Of a stretch of DNA of 49,241 nt, positions 1 through 9,918 are shown one piece after another. Source of the DNA: Thermoproteota archaeon (GTDB taxonomy: Archaea > Thermoproteota > EX4484-205 > JAAOZP01); contig JBNAVT010000011.1 in assembly GCA_049700215.1 (NCBI GenBank), positions 1 through 49,241 of the forward strand. The letters are read 5' to 3'. A program made the translations under genes and the position numbers. How positions within the stretch are numbered: the stretch's first letter is position 1; the number at the start of each line of letters is the position of its first letter. Below the pieces are notes generated by a model. It did not search any database. It was not told where the DNA came from and saw nothing but the letters and a program-made list of their open reading frames with translations.

Positions 1-80
1 CGAGAGGGTTGAGAAAAGAATCAACCCGCCAAGCTTCTCATGGCTTCAGAAAGAAACTTGATTCAAAAATGGGGAAAGAG

Positions 81-434
81 TTAGCGCGCGCGCTTTTTGG
101 TCTGAGAGACACTTGCTATGCCCAGCCTGCTTATCCTAAGGGACTTGCCTGGAGGACTGTTTACAGTTAAAACAATGAGTCCCCATACTCCTGACACTGA
201 TATCGTCATCGGAATGCCGATGGTCACCATCTCAGGAATAACATGCTCGATCCCGGCGGTTAGAAAAGGTGGATACGGTACGACTTCTCCATGAGCAACA
301 TGTTCGACAGCCAGACCCAATACTCCGCCCCATAATAGGAGATTTAAAACATTAATCATTAAAGTCTTGGGAACTCTTCTTCTGAAAAGGCTCGTGAAAA
401 TGGCTACTGTCATTGGCACTAAGAAGCACGCCAT
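81..434 (-). CDS. Small integral membrane protein (about 3 TM); paralog of 441..758; candidate Ni/metal transporter subunit
   Basis: Hydrophobic ORF MACFLVP...LLWGGVLGLAVEHVAHGE; GAGGTGA RBS just upstream; 6 bp downstream of 441..758. Confidence 0.75.
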   Translation of the reverse strand: MACFLVPMTVAIFTSLFRRRVPKTLMINVLNLLLWGGVLGLAVEHVAHGEVVPYPPFLTAGIEHVIPEMVTIGIPMTISVSGVWGLIVLTVNSPPGKSLRISRLGIASVSQTKKRAR

Positions 435-440
435 AGGTCT

Positions 441-758
441 TCACCTCTTTTCAACACTTTCTAAAACCAGCACCTCTCTCCTCTTGGAGACGAGTACGCT
501 TATTTCCCAAGCTAGGAATATCGGTATTAGCATCGTGATTCCGAGCAACGTCCCATTCTCAATATATCCTTCTGTAGATGTTTCTATGAATTCTCCTCCT
601 TCAATGATGAAACCCAGCGTATGATCAACAAGCACCATTATTGCTAGTCCCCAAAGCATTAGGCAGAGCCAGTCTAAGCGATACGTCTTAGGATTCTTTG
701 AATAGATGTATACGGCAGTCACTAGTATTGCAGCCCACCAAGAGACCATTAGCCACAT
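441..758 (-). CDS. Small integral membrane protein (about 3 TM); paralog of 81..434
   Basis: LCLMLWGLAIMVLVDH matches LNLLLWGGVLGLAVEH of the neighbour; GGTGAGAGGGG RBS before ATG. Confidence 0.75.
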   Translation of the reverse strand: MWLMVSWWAAILVTAVYIYSKNPKTYRLDWLCLMLWGLAIMVLVDHTLGFIIEGGEFIETSTEGYIENGTLLGITMLIPIFLAWEISVLVSKRREVLVLESVEKR

Positions 759-798
759 CCCCTCTCACCATGCATTTTCAGGACATCGGGTCTTAATA

Positions 799-828
799 AG
801 TATTACTTTTTTTCAAAAAAGTAATACT
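799..828. promoter_or_regulatory. Palindromic operator with NikR-type architecture, abutting the putative TATA of the membrane-protein pair
   Basis: AGTATTACTTTTTT-TC-AAAAAAGTAATACT, perfect 14-bp arms; core GTATTA-N16-TAATAC versus E. coli NikR GTATGA-N16-TCATAC; minus-strand TTATTAAG TATA-like at about 791-798. Confidence 0.7.
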
Positions 829-989
829 ATAAAAAGACTTCATAGCATGCTCTGAGCAAAGGACACTTAACGTAGTGTGTTAAAGAAGCCTTTCTCGATT
901 ATATTTCTCCGGCGTCTTAACTTTTCATGTCGATCAGAATTCCATCCACGAAATGCTTTTCAGACTTTACGTCCAGCTCTAGAGAACTT

Positions 990-1173
990 TTTAGCGGGAA
1001 TGTATTTCCAATGTTTAGAAAGTTATGAAGATTTTGTAAGATGGACTGAAGGCGAGTATGAGATTCTAAACAACGTTACGAAGAGATCTTAGGTAAACCG
1101 CCTGAGAATAAGAGAGCGCGCTAAAAGATTCATTCGATTGTGTAAGCCGATCATAATATTGGAAGATGAATGA
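990..1173 (+). pseudogene. Degraded gene relic of unknown function
   Basis: Protein-like segments in shifting frames: ...WTEGEYEIL / KQRYEEILGKPPENK / AKRFIRLCKPIIILEDE*; one junction falls at GCGCGC 1116-1121. Confidence 0.3.
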
Positions 1174-1482
1174 TGAGGAGGTGATGAAGGTTTCGCTCTT
1201 TTCCTCAAGAATAGCGTAAGGGCGCATGCTCTCTAACTAATTTTTATCATTCAGTACTCTGGATCATGCGCTAAAAAATAGGAGAACCGCGGAGATTTCT
1301 TCACTTCTCCGGCTATAAGCATGCTGAAGGCTTAAGAATCCTCTTTCGGGCTTGCCTACGATGATGGGATTTTACGTGCAGGTGGGCATGCCAGTAAAGC
1401 GTGTAAACGGTCGCAAAAATATGGGTTTTAAGCCTTTTTTCTAGCAGAATGTCTAACGCGTTTTCCTAGTTTTAAACGCTGG

Positions 1483-2316
1483 TTAAACCATGATTTTCGA
1501 GGCGAGCCAGCCTAGGGTTGCTCCGAGACCTATGTAGGGTAATCCTGGCTGAGGCTTTTTAAATCGCCGCACCGTGTAAAGGACAACCATTAACCCTGCT
1601 ACGCTGCCGCTTAAAACCATTACTGCTGCAACAGGGCTTCCCGCCTCCAGGAAGGTGGATACTGTAAGCATGTTTGGGAAGGCCAGGTCTCCCAGTCCGA
1701 GGAAAGCTCCCCTCCTCTCCCCCTCACCACTCCTGAAATCTCTAGGCACTTCTTTAACCGGCGACATCACCATTGTAGGCAGGTTCATCTTCAAAGTTTT
1801 CTCAGCGAGGCTCACCATTCCTCCTGATCTGACCGCGAAATAGTCGTACACAGCCATCAACAGTAGGAGTATTGTGAGGACCGGTGGCGCGAGGGATGCT
1901 CCGAACCAGGCTGCTATGCTCGCGCTCAGGAAAACACCTACAGCGTCAGCAACATACCACTTGTAGAATCTGTTGAGCAGTATGAGTATTGACGCGGATG
2001 CTAGGACTGATATGCCAAGCCAGACTATGGAGTCTGGGAGAATAACGCTGATGGTTATCGTTAGAACTGTGAAGGCGCTGAAGTAGAAAAGGCCTTTAAA
2101 CAATATTTCTAAGCGCAGCCTGGCGATGACAAGGATTATGATGAAGACAGCGACTATCGTGAGCATTAAGTAAACGATGTTAACCGGGTTCTCAGGGTTT
2201 TCAAACAGGGTTAGCTGGTTAGCCACGTACAGCGGCGCGAATAAGAGTGCCAGTAAGCCTGTCGCCACATAGAGCAGCACGATGGTTACCGCCGCCGTGT
2301 TCAACGCTGTTTCCAC
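1483..2316 (-). CDS. Presenilin/signal peptide peptidase-family intramembrane aspartyl protease (PSH-like, A22)
   Basis: Multi-TM protein with YD (MAVYDYF), GxGD (LGLGDL) and PAL-like (QPGLP) motifs. Confidence 0.92.
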   Translation of the reverse strand: METALNTAAVTIVLLYVATGLLALLFAPLYVANQLTLFENPENPVNIVYLMLTIVAVFIIILVIARLRLEILFKGLFYFSAFTVLTITISVILPDSIVWLGISVLASASILILLNRFYKWYVADAVGVFLSASIAAWFGASLAPPVLTILLLLMAVYDYFAVRSGGMVSLAEKTLKMNLPTMVMSPVKEVPRDFRSGEGERRGAFLGLGDLAFPNMLTVSTFLEAGSPVAAVMVLSGSVAGLMVVLYTVRRFKKPQPGLPYIGLGATLGWLASKIMV

Positions 2317-2625
2317 TGATTAAGCTGGAAACGGCACGGATAAACTTTCCCCTAACCCTCCCCCGGGCCTGACGCGGCTTCCGTCCCCGGGTTTTCCACG
2401 CTCAGGATGGGTTAACAGGGTTTTCCTCCCGTTGACATCAACGTTTGGTTGTCAAAAAATCTTTAGAGAAAATTTATATTCTGAAGAGTCGGAAGCCGAT
2501 TACTGTTGACGCTGGTAGAAAAAAGAGTTGAGCGAAAGACCCGTGGCCCGTGCGGTGGCAACCATTATCCTTCTCCTCACGACTCTGAAAGTATTCTCAC
2601 AAGTCTGGCTGAGGAGGGTTAAGGC

Positions 2626-5600
2626 TTGCCGCAGGCAGATTCAGGTGGTCAAGCCCTGGACAGAATAGTTAAGAGAGACGGTAGAATAGTTGATTTCGAC
2701 AAGAGCAAGATTACTGAGGCAATATGGAAAGCGATAAAGTCCGTTGGCGGTCAAGACAGGGCTCTGGCAGAGAGGCTTTCAAACCAGGTTGTTGAACGCT
2801 TAGAGAGGCAGCTGAAGCCCGGCGAAATCCCCCACGTTGAGCAGGTTCAGGACCTTGTTGAGAAAGTGCTTGTCGAAAACAATCTTTACAATGTTGCTAA
2901 AGCATACATTCTCTACAGGGCGCTTCACGCTCAGATAAGAGAGTTCGTCGACAGCTATCTCGAGAACAAGAGCTGGCTGGTGAAGGAGAACGCTAACACA
3001 ACCTACTCGCTGCAGGCTTTAAACTTCCATATTTCATCCCAAGTAATCTCTCAATACTGGCTTCACAGGATTTTCAACAAGGGTAGGACGGAGATAAGGG
3101 AGGCACACTTGAACGGCGACTTCCATATTCACAACCTCGGGATACTTGGGCCCTACTGCTTTGATGATCAAACTAGAGTTTTAACAAAAGATGGTTTCAA
3201 GTTCTTTAAGGATGTAACGCTTCAGGACGAGGTTGCTACAGTTAACCTGAAAACTGGTTACCTGGAGTATCAGCATCCCACGGATAAACAAGTGTTTGAA
3301 TATTCTGGTCCTTTATTCTGCTTTGAAAGCAGGTCGTTAAGCCTCCGAGTAACGCCTGAACACAGGTTATTAGTCAGAGAAAGAAATGATGGGGAATGGA
3401 AATTCGTAAACCCAACCAATTTTAAGAGGAGATCGGAATTTCTTAAACAGGTAAAATGGAGAGGCAAAAATTCAAAATTCTTTCAAATTCCTATAGTAGA
3501 GGGTGGGAATAGACTTAGACACTTGGAGAAGATCCCGATTGAAGTTTTCCTCAAGTTTATGGGATGGTACTTGGCGGAGGGGGATGCCTGGGGACATGAT
3601 GGGAAAGACAGGGATTCGCCTAGCTACATAATCTCCATAGGTCAAAGAAATAAGAAAAATAGGAGAGAAATAGCTTCTTTGATTAAAAGGTTAGGGTTTT
3701 CTCCGAACTTGAGTGATAAGGACCATATTCAGTTTTCCTCAAAAGAACTATACTCGTATTTAAAACAGTTTGGAAAATCGGGTGAAAAGTTTGTCCCCCA
3801 GTTTATCAAGGATTTAGATCCGGAAAAAATCAAGGTGTTTCTCTTCTCCCTTTTTAAGGGAGACGGGACTATAGAAAACGGCGAATTAAGGAGATTCTCC
3901 ACAAAATCGAAAAAGCTTGCTGAAGACGTGATTGAATGCCTTTTAAAAATCGGAAAAAGCGGTACCCTCAGATGGGATGGCCGGAGATTTATAGTTTCAG
4001 TGCAGACTGAGCAGCTCACCCCAGTCTTCAATAAACGCCCTAAGGTGGTTCAATACCGGGGAAAAGTTTACGATTTGACTGTGCCTAACGGGACTCTGAT
4101 CGTGGAAAGAAATGGTAAAGTCGTCGCATCCGGTAATTGCGTAGGCTGGGATTTAAGAGACCTTTTAACGACCGGGTTCAGGGGTGTTAGAGGGAAGGTT
4201 TCAGCCAAGCCTGCTAAGCATTTTAGAGTAGCCCTGGGGCATGTTGTGAACTTCGTCTTCACGCTTCAAGGCGAGGCTGCTGGCGCCCAGGCTTTCTCAA
4301 GCTTCGACACTTATCTAGCACCCTTCATAAGATACGATAATCTCGACTTCAAGTCTGTGAAGCAGGCTCTTCAAGAATTCATGTTCAACATGAACATCCC
4401 CACGAGAGTCGGCTTCCAAAGCTTATGCTGGGACGAGCCGATAGTTATTAAAGAGAGGGGGAAGGTTAAGGTTGTTGAGATCGGTAAGCTGGTTGACCGT
4501 GAATTCGAAAAACATTCCTACAGGGTGATTGAAAAACACCCTCAAAGCTATGCTTTGGAGAACCATGATGATTACCAAGTTTTATCTTTCAATCCAGATG
4601 GAAAGGCTGTATGGGCAAGGGTTAAAGCATTCGTAAGACATAGGGTTCCTAGGAACTCTGAGTTCGTAAGAATTAGAACTAACCGTGGCGAGGCAAGGGT
4701 TTCAAAGGCTCACTCCCTATTCGGCTTCTCGAAGTTTAACGGTAAGTTTAACCCGGTGCCGAAATCAGCTGAGGATGTTAAGATAGCTGACGACTATCGC
4801 CGTTTAAACGAAGAAAACCACTTCATAGCCTTAAAGTCGTTGGAAAATCAGGGTAGGAAAGAGGAGATAGACCTGGTTGAAATCATAGATGAGCTTCCCA
4901 GCCTTCAAAAGAATGTTTTTGTAAAAATAAACCCCACGCACACGTTGAGAAGAATCAGGCAGAGGGTTGTTTTAGAAGAGCAGAGCCTCATCCCGTTTCA
5001 CAAGGAGTTTGGGCTTAAGGATAGAGGAGTTTGGGAAAGCTGGTTGAAAAAGAAATCAATCCGATACGACATCTGGAGAAAATACGGAGATTTAAATCAG
5101 AAGGTTGAATTCAAACTTAAGAACAGCGATGTTTGGTATACGAGGTTTTTAAACGGGAAACTATTGGAAAACTTCGTAAAACTTTGTGCCTGGTATGTTT
5201 CTGGGGGCCATACAGCCATTTCCACCCCCCTTTATATTTCCCAATCGCCCTCCGAAAACGCAAGGAGCATCATCAGGCTCTTAAAGGCTTTGAATGCCTT
5301 AGGCCAAGTAGCTCGCAACAAAGGGTATTCTAGGAAAGGAAGAAAAACTAAAACAGTTCTAAAGATAACTGGAAAAGGTCTCTTAGCTGAAATCGTTAGT
5401 AGAACCTGCGGCTATTTGTCTTTCAATAAGGTGGTTCCATGGTTCATCTTTGATCTTTCCCCAAAATATCAGAAGATATTCATCGAAACAATCTTGAAAG
5501 GCGATGGAGCAGAATATCGAAACTATTGGGATTATTCAACCACTTCTAGAAAGTTGAGTGCAGGACTATGTCTGCTTTTAAGTCAAAACAAATTTAGATT

Positions 5601-8600
5601 TGCTGTTTATACCGAGAAAAACAGTAGGCACAATGAAAAATGGCGAGACAGACTCATAATTCGAATCTTCAAAGAAAAATCGAAGCCGAAGAAAACATAC
5701 TTCGTTAACGACTTCGAAGCCAGAGTTTGCCTAGGGGTTGAAAAATTCAATTACGAGAGAGAGTATGAATACGATATTTCAGTCGATCTGCCTCAAGAAA
5801 ACTTCGTTGGAGGAGCGGGCCTACTTGTTTTCCATAACACGCCCTTCTCCAACATAACTCTAGACCTTAAGGTTCCAGACTTCATGAGAGACGAGCCTGT
5901 TATAATAGGAGGGGAATTCATGGATGCTACCTATGGAGACTTTCAAGAAGAGATGGATGTTTTTAACAGGGCTTTAGCTGAGGTAATGCTAGAAGGCGAT
6001 GCTGTCGGAAGAGTATTCAGCGTCGATGGAGAATGTTTCTGTCCAGTTAGGAATTCAGGAAGAATGAAGCTGGTGAAAATCGGAGAATATATTGACGAAT
6101 GGATGAAAAAAAGAAAACCGATCTATGTCAAAGAAAACAAGTGTGAGGTCATAGATGTAAGCGATCTAAATATAGAAACCTTAGGGTTGAAAGATGGTAG
6201 AGTTGATTGGTGTAAAGTAAACTTTTTAGTACGTCATCCAACAGAAAGTCTTTTAAAAATATCTACAGTCGGTGGCTTTAGTGTTAAGGTTACTCCTTCT
6301 CATTCTATTATCGTGCTAAAAGAAGGTAGGATTCAAAGCTTTAGAGCTTCCATGTTACGGAAAGGAGATTATCTGCTTATGCCAAGATCCATACCTTCAG
6401 GGAAAAGGAAACGTATAGTAATTTCTTTAGCTGAAGAATTCATTAAGAGCGGGGCGAAGGGAATTTACATAAGAGATGTTTTTAAAGGAGGAAAACCCTA
6501 CAAAGAGATGAGAAAAGTCATATATAGAAGAAAATATGGTAAACGGCTTTATGAATACTCCTATGGTGTCTCTGCCTTCCCCCTGGAGAACATTGGTTTG
6601 GATTTAGATGAGTTTGACCTGTCGAAGGCAAAAATAAGTCTTAAAGGCTCTTCGATAAAATTGAAAAATCTTCTTCCTATGACGAAAGAATTAGCGGAGT
6701 TTTTGGGATACTACTGTGCCGAAGGTTCCGCTGAAAAAGGAGGGATAAGTTTAGGATTCAATCTAGAAAAAGAGAAAAAGATGGCTGCTCACGTATCCAA
6801 GTTAATAGGAAAGATCTTTGGAGATATCCCTATCCATCTTCGAGAGATTAAAGAAAGAAATCTAATCGAAGTGAGGATTCATTCAAGACTTCTGAGAAGA
6901 GTGATTACCGAAGTATTCAAGATCGGAACAGGTATTGAAAAAAGAGTTCCTCAGGTTATCTTTGAAGCACCACTGGAAATGAAAAAGAAATTCCTCTCTG
7001 CTTATTTCAAAGGCGATGCTTGGTTAACTGAAAACATCACTGTTGATTCCACTTCCCGAGAATTAATTTATGGTATCTCTACCCTTCTTAAACAGTTAAA
7101 AATATTCCATACTTTAACGGAGTATTACCGAGATGGAAGGCCTACATGGAGAATAAACATATGGAAGAATAGAAAATTGAAACCCAAAGATTCATACAGC
7201 ATTTCTAAGATCCCCATAAAGGAGAGTGGTTTAGAAGAGGTTGTTGAGAAAATCTTGGAAAAGGAACCTTACTATTTTGACTCTTTAGGCAGAAGGTATA
7301 GAAATACGATAAGTAGAATTTTCAAGAAATTCGGAATTTCTCACAGTAGCTCTACTTCTCTTCGAAAGGTTAGAAGGGTGCTTGGATATGCGAGAAAATT
7401 AAAAGTTGAAATCCCCTCTTCTTTAAAGGAGATTGAGAAAGGTGATCTTCTGTTTCTCAAAGTCAAAAGAGTCGAGAAAACTGTTCCTTCAAATGGCATG
7501 GTCTATGATTTCTCTACTGAAAGTGAAAACTTTATTGCCGATCAATTATTGGTTCATAATACGTTCCCTATCCCAACCATAAATATAACTAAGGATTTTA
7601 ATTGGAGCGATGAAACAGTGGGGAAAGTCCTTGAAACATCCGCCAAATACGGCATCCCGTATTTCGCGAACTTCATCAACTCCGACATGAATCCGGAGGA
7701 TGTTAGAAGCATGTGTCTTCATCCCGATGAGGAGATTTTAATCAAAAATAGCGGGAGTGTTATGAGGAAGAGCATGGGTGAGCTGGTTAAAGATTATGCA
7801 GGGCAATTTGATGAGGATGGGTGGGCAATTCCCCGCAAAGAGTTTAAAGTCCTGTCTCTTAACCCAGAGACTTGGAAAACAGAATGGGTGAAGGTTAAGA
7901 GGTTTTTGAGGGTGATTGACAATAAAATGGTAAGCATAGTTACTGAGGATGGGAAAGAGTTTAAAGTTTCAAGAAACCATGTAATTCCTGTAGTAACTCC
8001 GATAGGGATAGTCAACAAGCTGGCGAAAGATGTAAAGCCGGGCGATATAACGCTATCTCTAAGATCAGCTAACCATGATCTCAGCAACGCTTATGAGAAG
8101 ATTGGGAAATTCGTTTTGGATGAGAAACTAGCGGGATTACTTGGCTTTTTCACAGCAGATGGGAATTACTTGTTTGAGAATAGGAAGAACTCGAAGTTTT
8201 ACGGTTTGCCTAGGGGACTGCAGTTTACCTTCAGGGAAAATGATTCGTATTTGAAAAATAGAATTAAAAGGCTTATAAAGCATGTCTTAGGGTGTCCTGT
8301 TAAGGAAGAGAAGGATCCGCGATATGACACTGCTTATCTCTATATCTACTCATCTGACATCGCTAGAATCTTTTATAATGCTGGATTCAGAAAATACGGA
8401 AGACTGCCTCAGGTAATATTCAACTCTCCACCTAGCGTTATAAGATCTTTTCTCAAATATTTCTTTTCAGGAGACGGGTACAGAAAGAATGGAGAGATAC
8501 ACATTAATGACAAAGAGTTGTCAAGAGATTTAACAATACTTTTCTCCATGATAGGAGTTCCTGTATGTTACAAGGATAAGAAAAACAGCCAGAGGATTTA

Positions 8601-9918
8601 CATTCAGCATAAGAAGTCAAAAATAAACTCACTCGGCTTCTTAGCTACGCCAACGCTGTATGAAAGAGTCCCAGGGTTGATGGTGAGATCCACCTACGCA
8701 GTGCCCGGCTTAAGCAGAAAAAGAATGGTTGGAATAGAAACTCTGTCTAAGTATTATGCGCATACGGGGGAAAGCAAGAAGTTTCTCAGCGGAGACCTAA
8801 TGTTTGTGAGGATTAAGGAGTGTAGGCTGACAAGTCTTGAGAGAGGTCAGGAGTTTTTCGACATAGAGCTTGAGAAGAACCATTTATTCGTTCACTCTCT
8901 CGGAAACATTACTCATAACTGTTGCCATCTGAGGCTCGACAAGAGAGAGTTGAAGAAGAGGGGTGGAGGCCTCTTCGGAGCAAACCCGCTAACAGGAAGT
9001 ATAGGCGTCGTCACGATAAACATGCCTAGAATAGGCTTCCTGTCTAAGAGCGAGGGCGAGTTCTTCGCCAGGCTCGACAGAATGATGGTTCTCGCGAAAG
9101 ACGTTCTGGAGATCAAGAGGAAATGGCTTGAAAAATTCACTGAGGCAGGCCTATACCCATACTCCAGGTTTTACCTGAGGCATATTAAGGAGGCTTTCGG
9201 CCACCACTGGAAAAACCATTTCAGCACAATCGGCTTAATCGGCATGAACGAGGCCTGCTTAAATTTCCTGGGATGCACTATCGGCGACCCCGAGGGCTTA
9301 AGCTTCTCGATTAAAGTCTTAGACTTCATGCGGAAGAGGCTGCAGGACTTCCAGGAGGAAACCGGGAATATATATAATCTTGAAGCAACCCCGGCAGAGG
9401 GGACTTCACACAGGCTTGCGAGAATAGATAAGAAAACTTACCTCGGCATCATTGTTGCGAACGAGGAGGAGTTTAAGAAGGGTGCTGCACCATACTACAC
9501 GAACTCAACCCACCTTCCCGTATACTACACGGACGACCTCTGGGACTACCTCAGGCTTCAGGATCCTCTTCAAACAAGGTACACGGGCGGGACGGTTGTT
9601 CACGTGTGGCTTGGGGAGAGCAACCCGCCTGTTGAATCCGTTGCAGCCTTAGTGAAGAAAATCTGTGAAAACTTTAAGCTGCCCTACTTCACGCTTACAC
9701 CCACGTTCAGCATCTGCCCTGAAGACGGATACCTAGCCGGGGAGCAACAAACCTGTCCAAAATGCGGGAGGACCGCCGAGGTATACTCGAGGGTTGTTGG
9801 CTATTTAAGACCCATAGACAATTGGAACGAAGGAAAGCGCGAGGAGTTTAAGCAGAGGAAGACTTTCGACAAGGCCATTACCAGGAAGCTCGGTATTTCG
9901 ATAGCTAGTGATGCTTAA
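2626..9918 (+). CDS. nrdD: Anaerobic (class III) ribonucleoside-triphosphate reductase with N-terminal ATP cone, interrupted by four inteins; spliced protein 714 aa
   Basis: ATP cone IVKRDGRIVDFDKSKI; GDFHIHNL; SMCC; NLEATPAEG; YYTNS; glycyl radical motif YSRVVGYL; GAGGAGG RBS before TTG. Confidence 0.97.
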   Translation: MPQADSGGQALDRIVKRDGRIVDFDKSKITEAIWKAIKSVGGQDRALAERLSNQVVERLERQLKPGEIPHVEQVQDLVEKVLVENNLYNVAKAYILYRALHAQIREFVDSYLENKSWLVKENANTTYSLQALNFHISSQVISQYWLHRIFNKGRTEIREAHLNGDFHIHNLGILGPYCFDDQTRVLTKDGFKFFKDVTLQDEVATVNLKTGYLEYQHPTDKQVFEYSGPLFCFESRSLSLRVTPEHRLLVRERNDGEWKFVNPTNFKRRSEFLKQVKWRGKNSKFFQIPIVEGGNRLRHLEKIPIEVFLKFMGWYLAEGDAWGHDGKDRDSPSYIISIGQRNKKNRREIASLIKRLGFSPNLSDKDHIQFSSKELYSYLKQFGKSGEKFVPQFIKDLDPEKIKVFLFSLFKGDGTIENGELRRFSTKSKKLAEDVIECLLKIGKSGTLRWDGRRFIVSVQTEQLTPVFNKRPKVVQYRGKVYDLTVPNGTLIVERNGKVVASGNCVGWDLRDLLTTGFRGVRGKVSAKPAKHFRVALGHVVNFVFTLQGEAAGAQAFSSFDTYLAPFIRYDNLDFKSVKQALQEFMFNMNIPTRVGFQSLCWDEPIVIKERGKVKVVEIGKLVDREFEKHSYRVIEKHPQSYALENHDDYQVLSFNPDGKAVWARVKAFVRHRVPRNSEFVRIRTNRGEARVSKAHSLFGFSKFNGKFNPVPKSAEDVKIADDYRRLNEENHFIALKSLENQGRKEEIDLVEIIDELPSLQKNVFVKINPTHTLRRIRQRVVLEEQSLIPFHKEFGLKDRGVWESWLKKKSIRYDIWRKYGDLNQKVEFKLKNSDVWYTRFLNGKLLENFVKLCAWYVSGGHTAISTPLYISQSPSENARSIIRLLKALNALGQVARNKGYSRKGRKTKTVLKITGKGLLAEIVSRTCGYLSFNKVVPWFIFDLSPKYQKIFIETILKGDGAEYRNYWDYSTTSRKLSAGLCLLLSQNKFRFAVYTEKNSRHNEKWRDRLIIRIFKEKSKPKKTYFVNDFEARVCLGVEKFNYEREYEYDISVDLPQENFVGGAGLLVFHNTPFSNITLDLKVPDFMRDEPVIIGGEFMDATYGDFQEEMDVFNRALAEVMLEGDAVGRVFSVDGECFCPVRNSGRMKLVKIGEYIDEWMKKRKPIYVKENKCEVIDVSDLNIETLGLKDGRVDWCKVNFLVRHPTESLLKISTVGGFSVKVTPSHSIIVLKEGRIQSFRASMLRKGDYLLMPRSIPSGKRKRIVISLAEEFIKSGAKGIYIRDVFKGGKPYKEMRKVIYRRKYGKRLYEYSYGVSAFPLENIGLDLDEFDLSKAKISLKGSSIKLKNLLPMTKELAEFLGYYCAEGSAEKGGISLGFNLEKEKKMAAHVSKLIGKIFGDIPIHLREIKERNLIEVRIHSRLLRRVITEVFKIGTGIEKRVPQVIFEAPLEMKKKFLSAYFKGDAWLTENITVDSTSRELIYGISTLLKQLKIFHTLTEYYRDGRPTWRINIWKNRKLKPKDSYSISKIPIKESGLEEVVEKILEKEPYYFDSLGRRYRNTISRIFKKFGISHSSSTSLRKVRRVLGYARKLKVEIPSSLKEIEKGDLLFLKVKRVEKTVPSNGMVYDFSTESENFIADQLLVHNTFPIPTINITKDFNWSDETVGKVLETSAKYGIPYFANFINSDMNPEDVRSMCLHPDEEILIKNSGSVMRKSMGELVKDYAGQFDEDGWAIPRKEFKVLSLNPETWKTEWVKVKRFLRVIDNKMVSIVTEDGKEFKVSRNHVIPVVTPIGIVNKLAKDVKPGDITLSLRSANHDLSNAYEKIGKFVLDEKLAGLLGFFTADGNYLFENRKNSKFYGLPRGLQFTFRENDSYLKNRIKRLIKHVLGCPVKEEKDPRYDTAYLYIYSSDIARIFYNAGFRKYGRLPQVIFNSPPSVIRSFLKYFFSGDGYRKNGEIHINDKELSRDLTILFSMIGVPVCYKDKKNSQRIYIQHKKSKINSLGFLATPTLYERVPGLMVRSTYAVPGLSRKRMVGIETLSKYYAHTGESKKFLSGDLMFVRIKECRLTSLERGQEFFDIELEKNHLFVHSLGNITHNCCHLRLDKRELKKRGGGLFGANPLTGSIGVVTINMPRIGFLSKSEGEFFARLDRMMVLAKDVLEIKRKWLEKFTEAGLYPYSRFYLRHIKEAFGHHWKNHFSTIGLIGMNEACLNFLGCTIGDPEGLSFSIKVLDFMRKRLQDFQEETGNIYNLEATPAEGTSHRLARIDKKTYLGIIVANEEEFKKGAAPYYTNSTHLPVYYTDDLWDYLRLQDPLQTRYTGGTVVHVWLGESNPPVESVAALVKKICENFKLPYFTLTPTFSICPEDGYLAGEQQTCPKCGRTAEVYSRVVGYLRPIDNWNEGKREEFKQRKTFDKAITRKLGISIASDA
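3157..4137 (+). mobile_element. Intein 1 with LAGLIDADG endonuclease (327 aa)
   Basis: LGPY|CFDDQTRVLTKDG...VYDLTV...ASGN|C; motifs FMGWYLAEGD and FLFSLFKGDG; AT-richer than the exteins. Confidence 0.93.
4420..5838 (+). mobile_element. Intein 2 with partly degenerate LAGLIDADG endonuclease (473 aa)
   Basis: RVGFQ|SLCWDEPIV...VSKAH...EYDISV...VFHN|TPF; motifs LCAWYVSGG and FIETILKGDG. Confidence 0.93.
6019..7560 (+). mobile_element. Intein 3 with LAGLIDADG endonuclease (514 aa)
   Basis: GRVF|SVDGEC...VTPSH...VYDFST...LVHN|TFPIPT; motifs FLGYYCAEGS and FLSAYFKGDA. Confidence 0.93.
7714..8919 (+). mobile_element. Intein 4 with LAGLIDADG endonuclease (402 aa)
   Basis: DVRSM|CLHPDEEIL...VSRNH...FFDIEL...ITHN|CCHLR; motifs LLGFFTADGN and FLKYFFSGDG. 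Confidence 0.93.

Noticed and set aside
1-61. Possible 3' end of a plus-strand CDS (ERVEKRINPPSFSWLQKET*)
   Set aside because: Too short to support
2355-2460. GC-rich hairpin (CCCGGG...CCCGGG) and GTTGA-CA-TCAAC palindrome upstream of nrdD
   Set aside because: No match to a riboswitch or operator I can name; may be chance
2506-2622. 38-codon upstream ORF in frame with nrdD, ending TAA 3 nt before the nrdD TTG
   Set aside because: No recognisable protein, and nrdD has its own GAGGAGG RBS; no evidence for readthrough or a leader peptide
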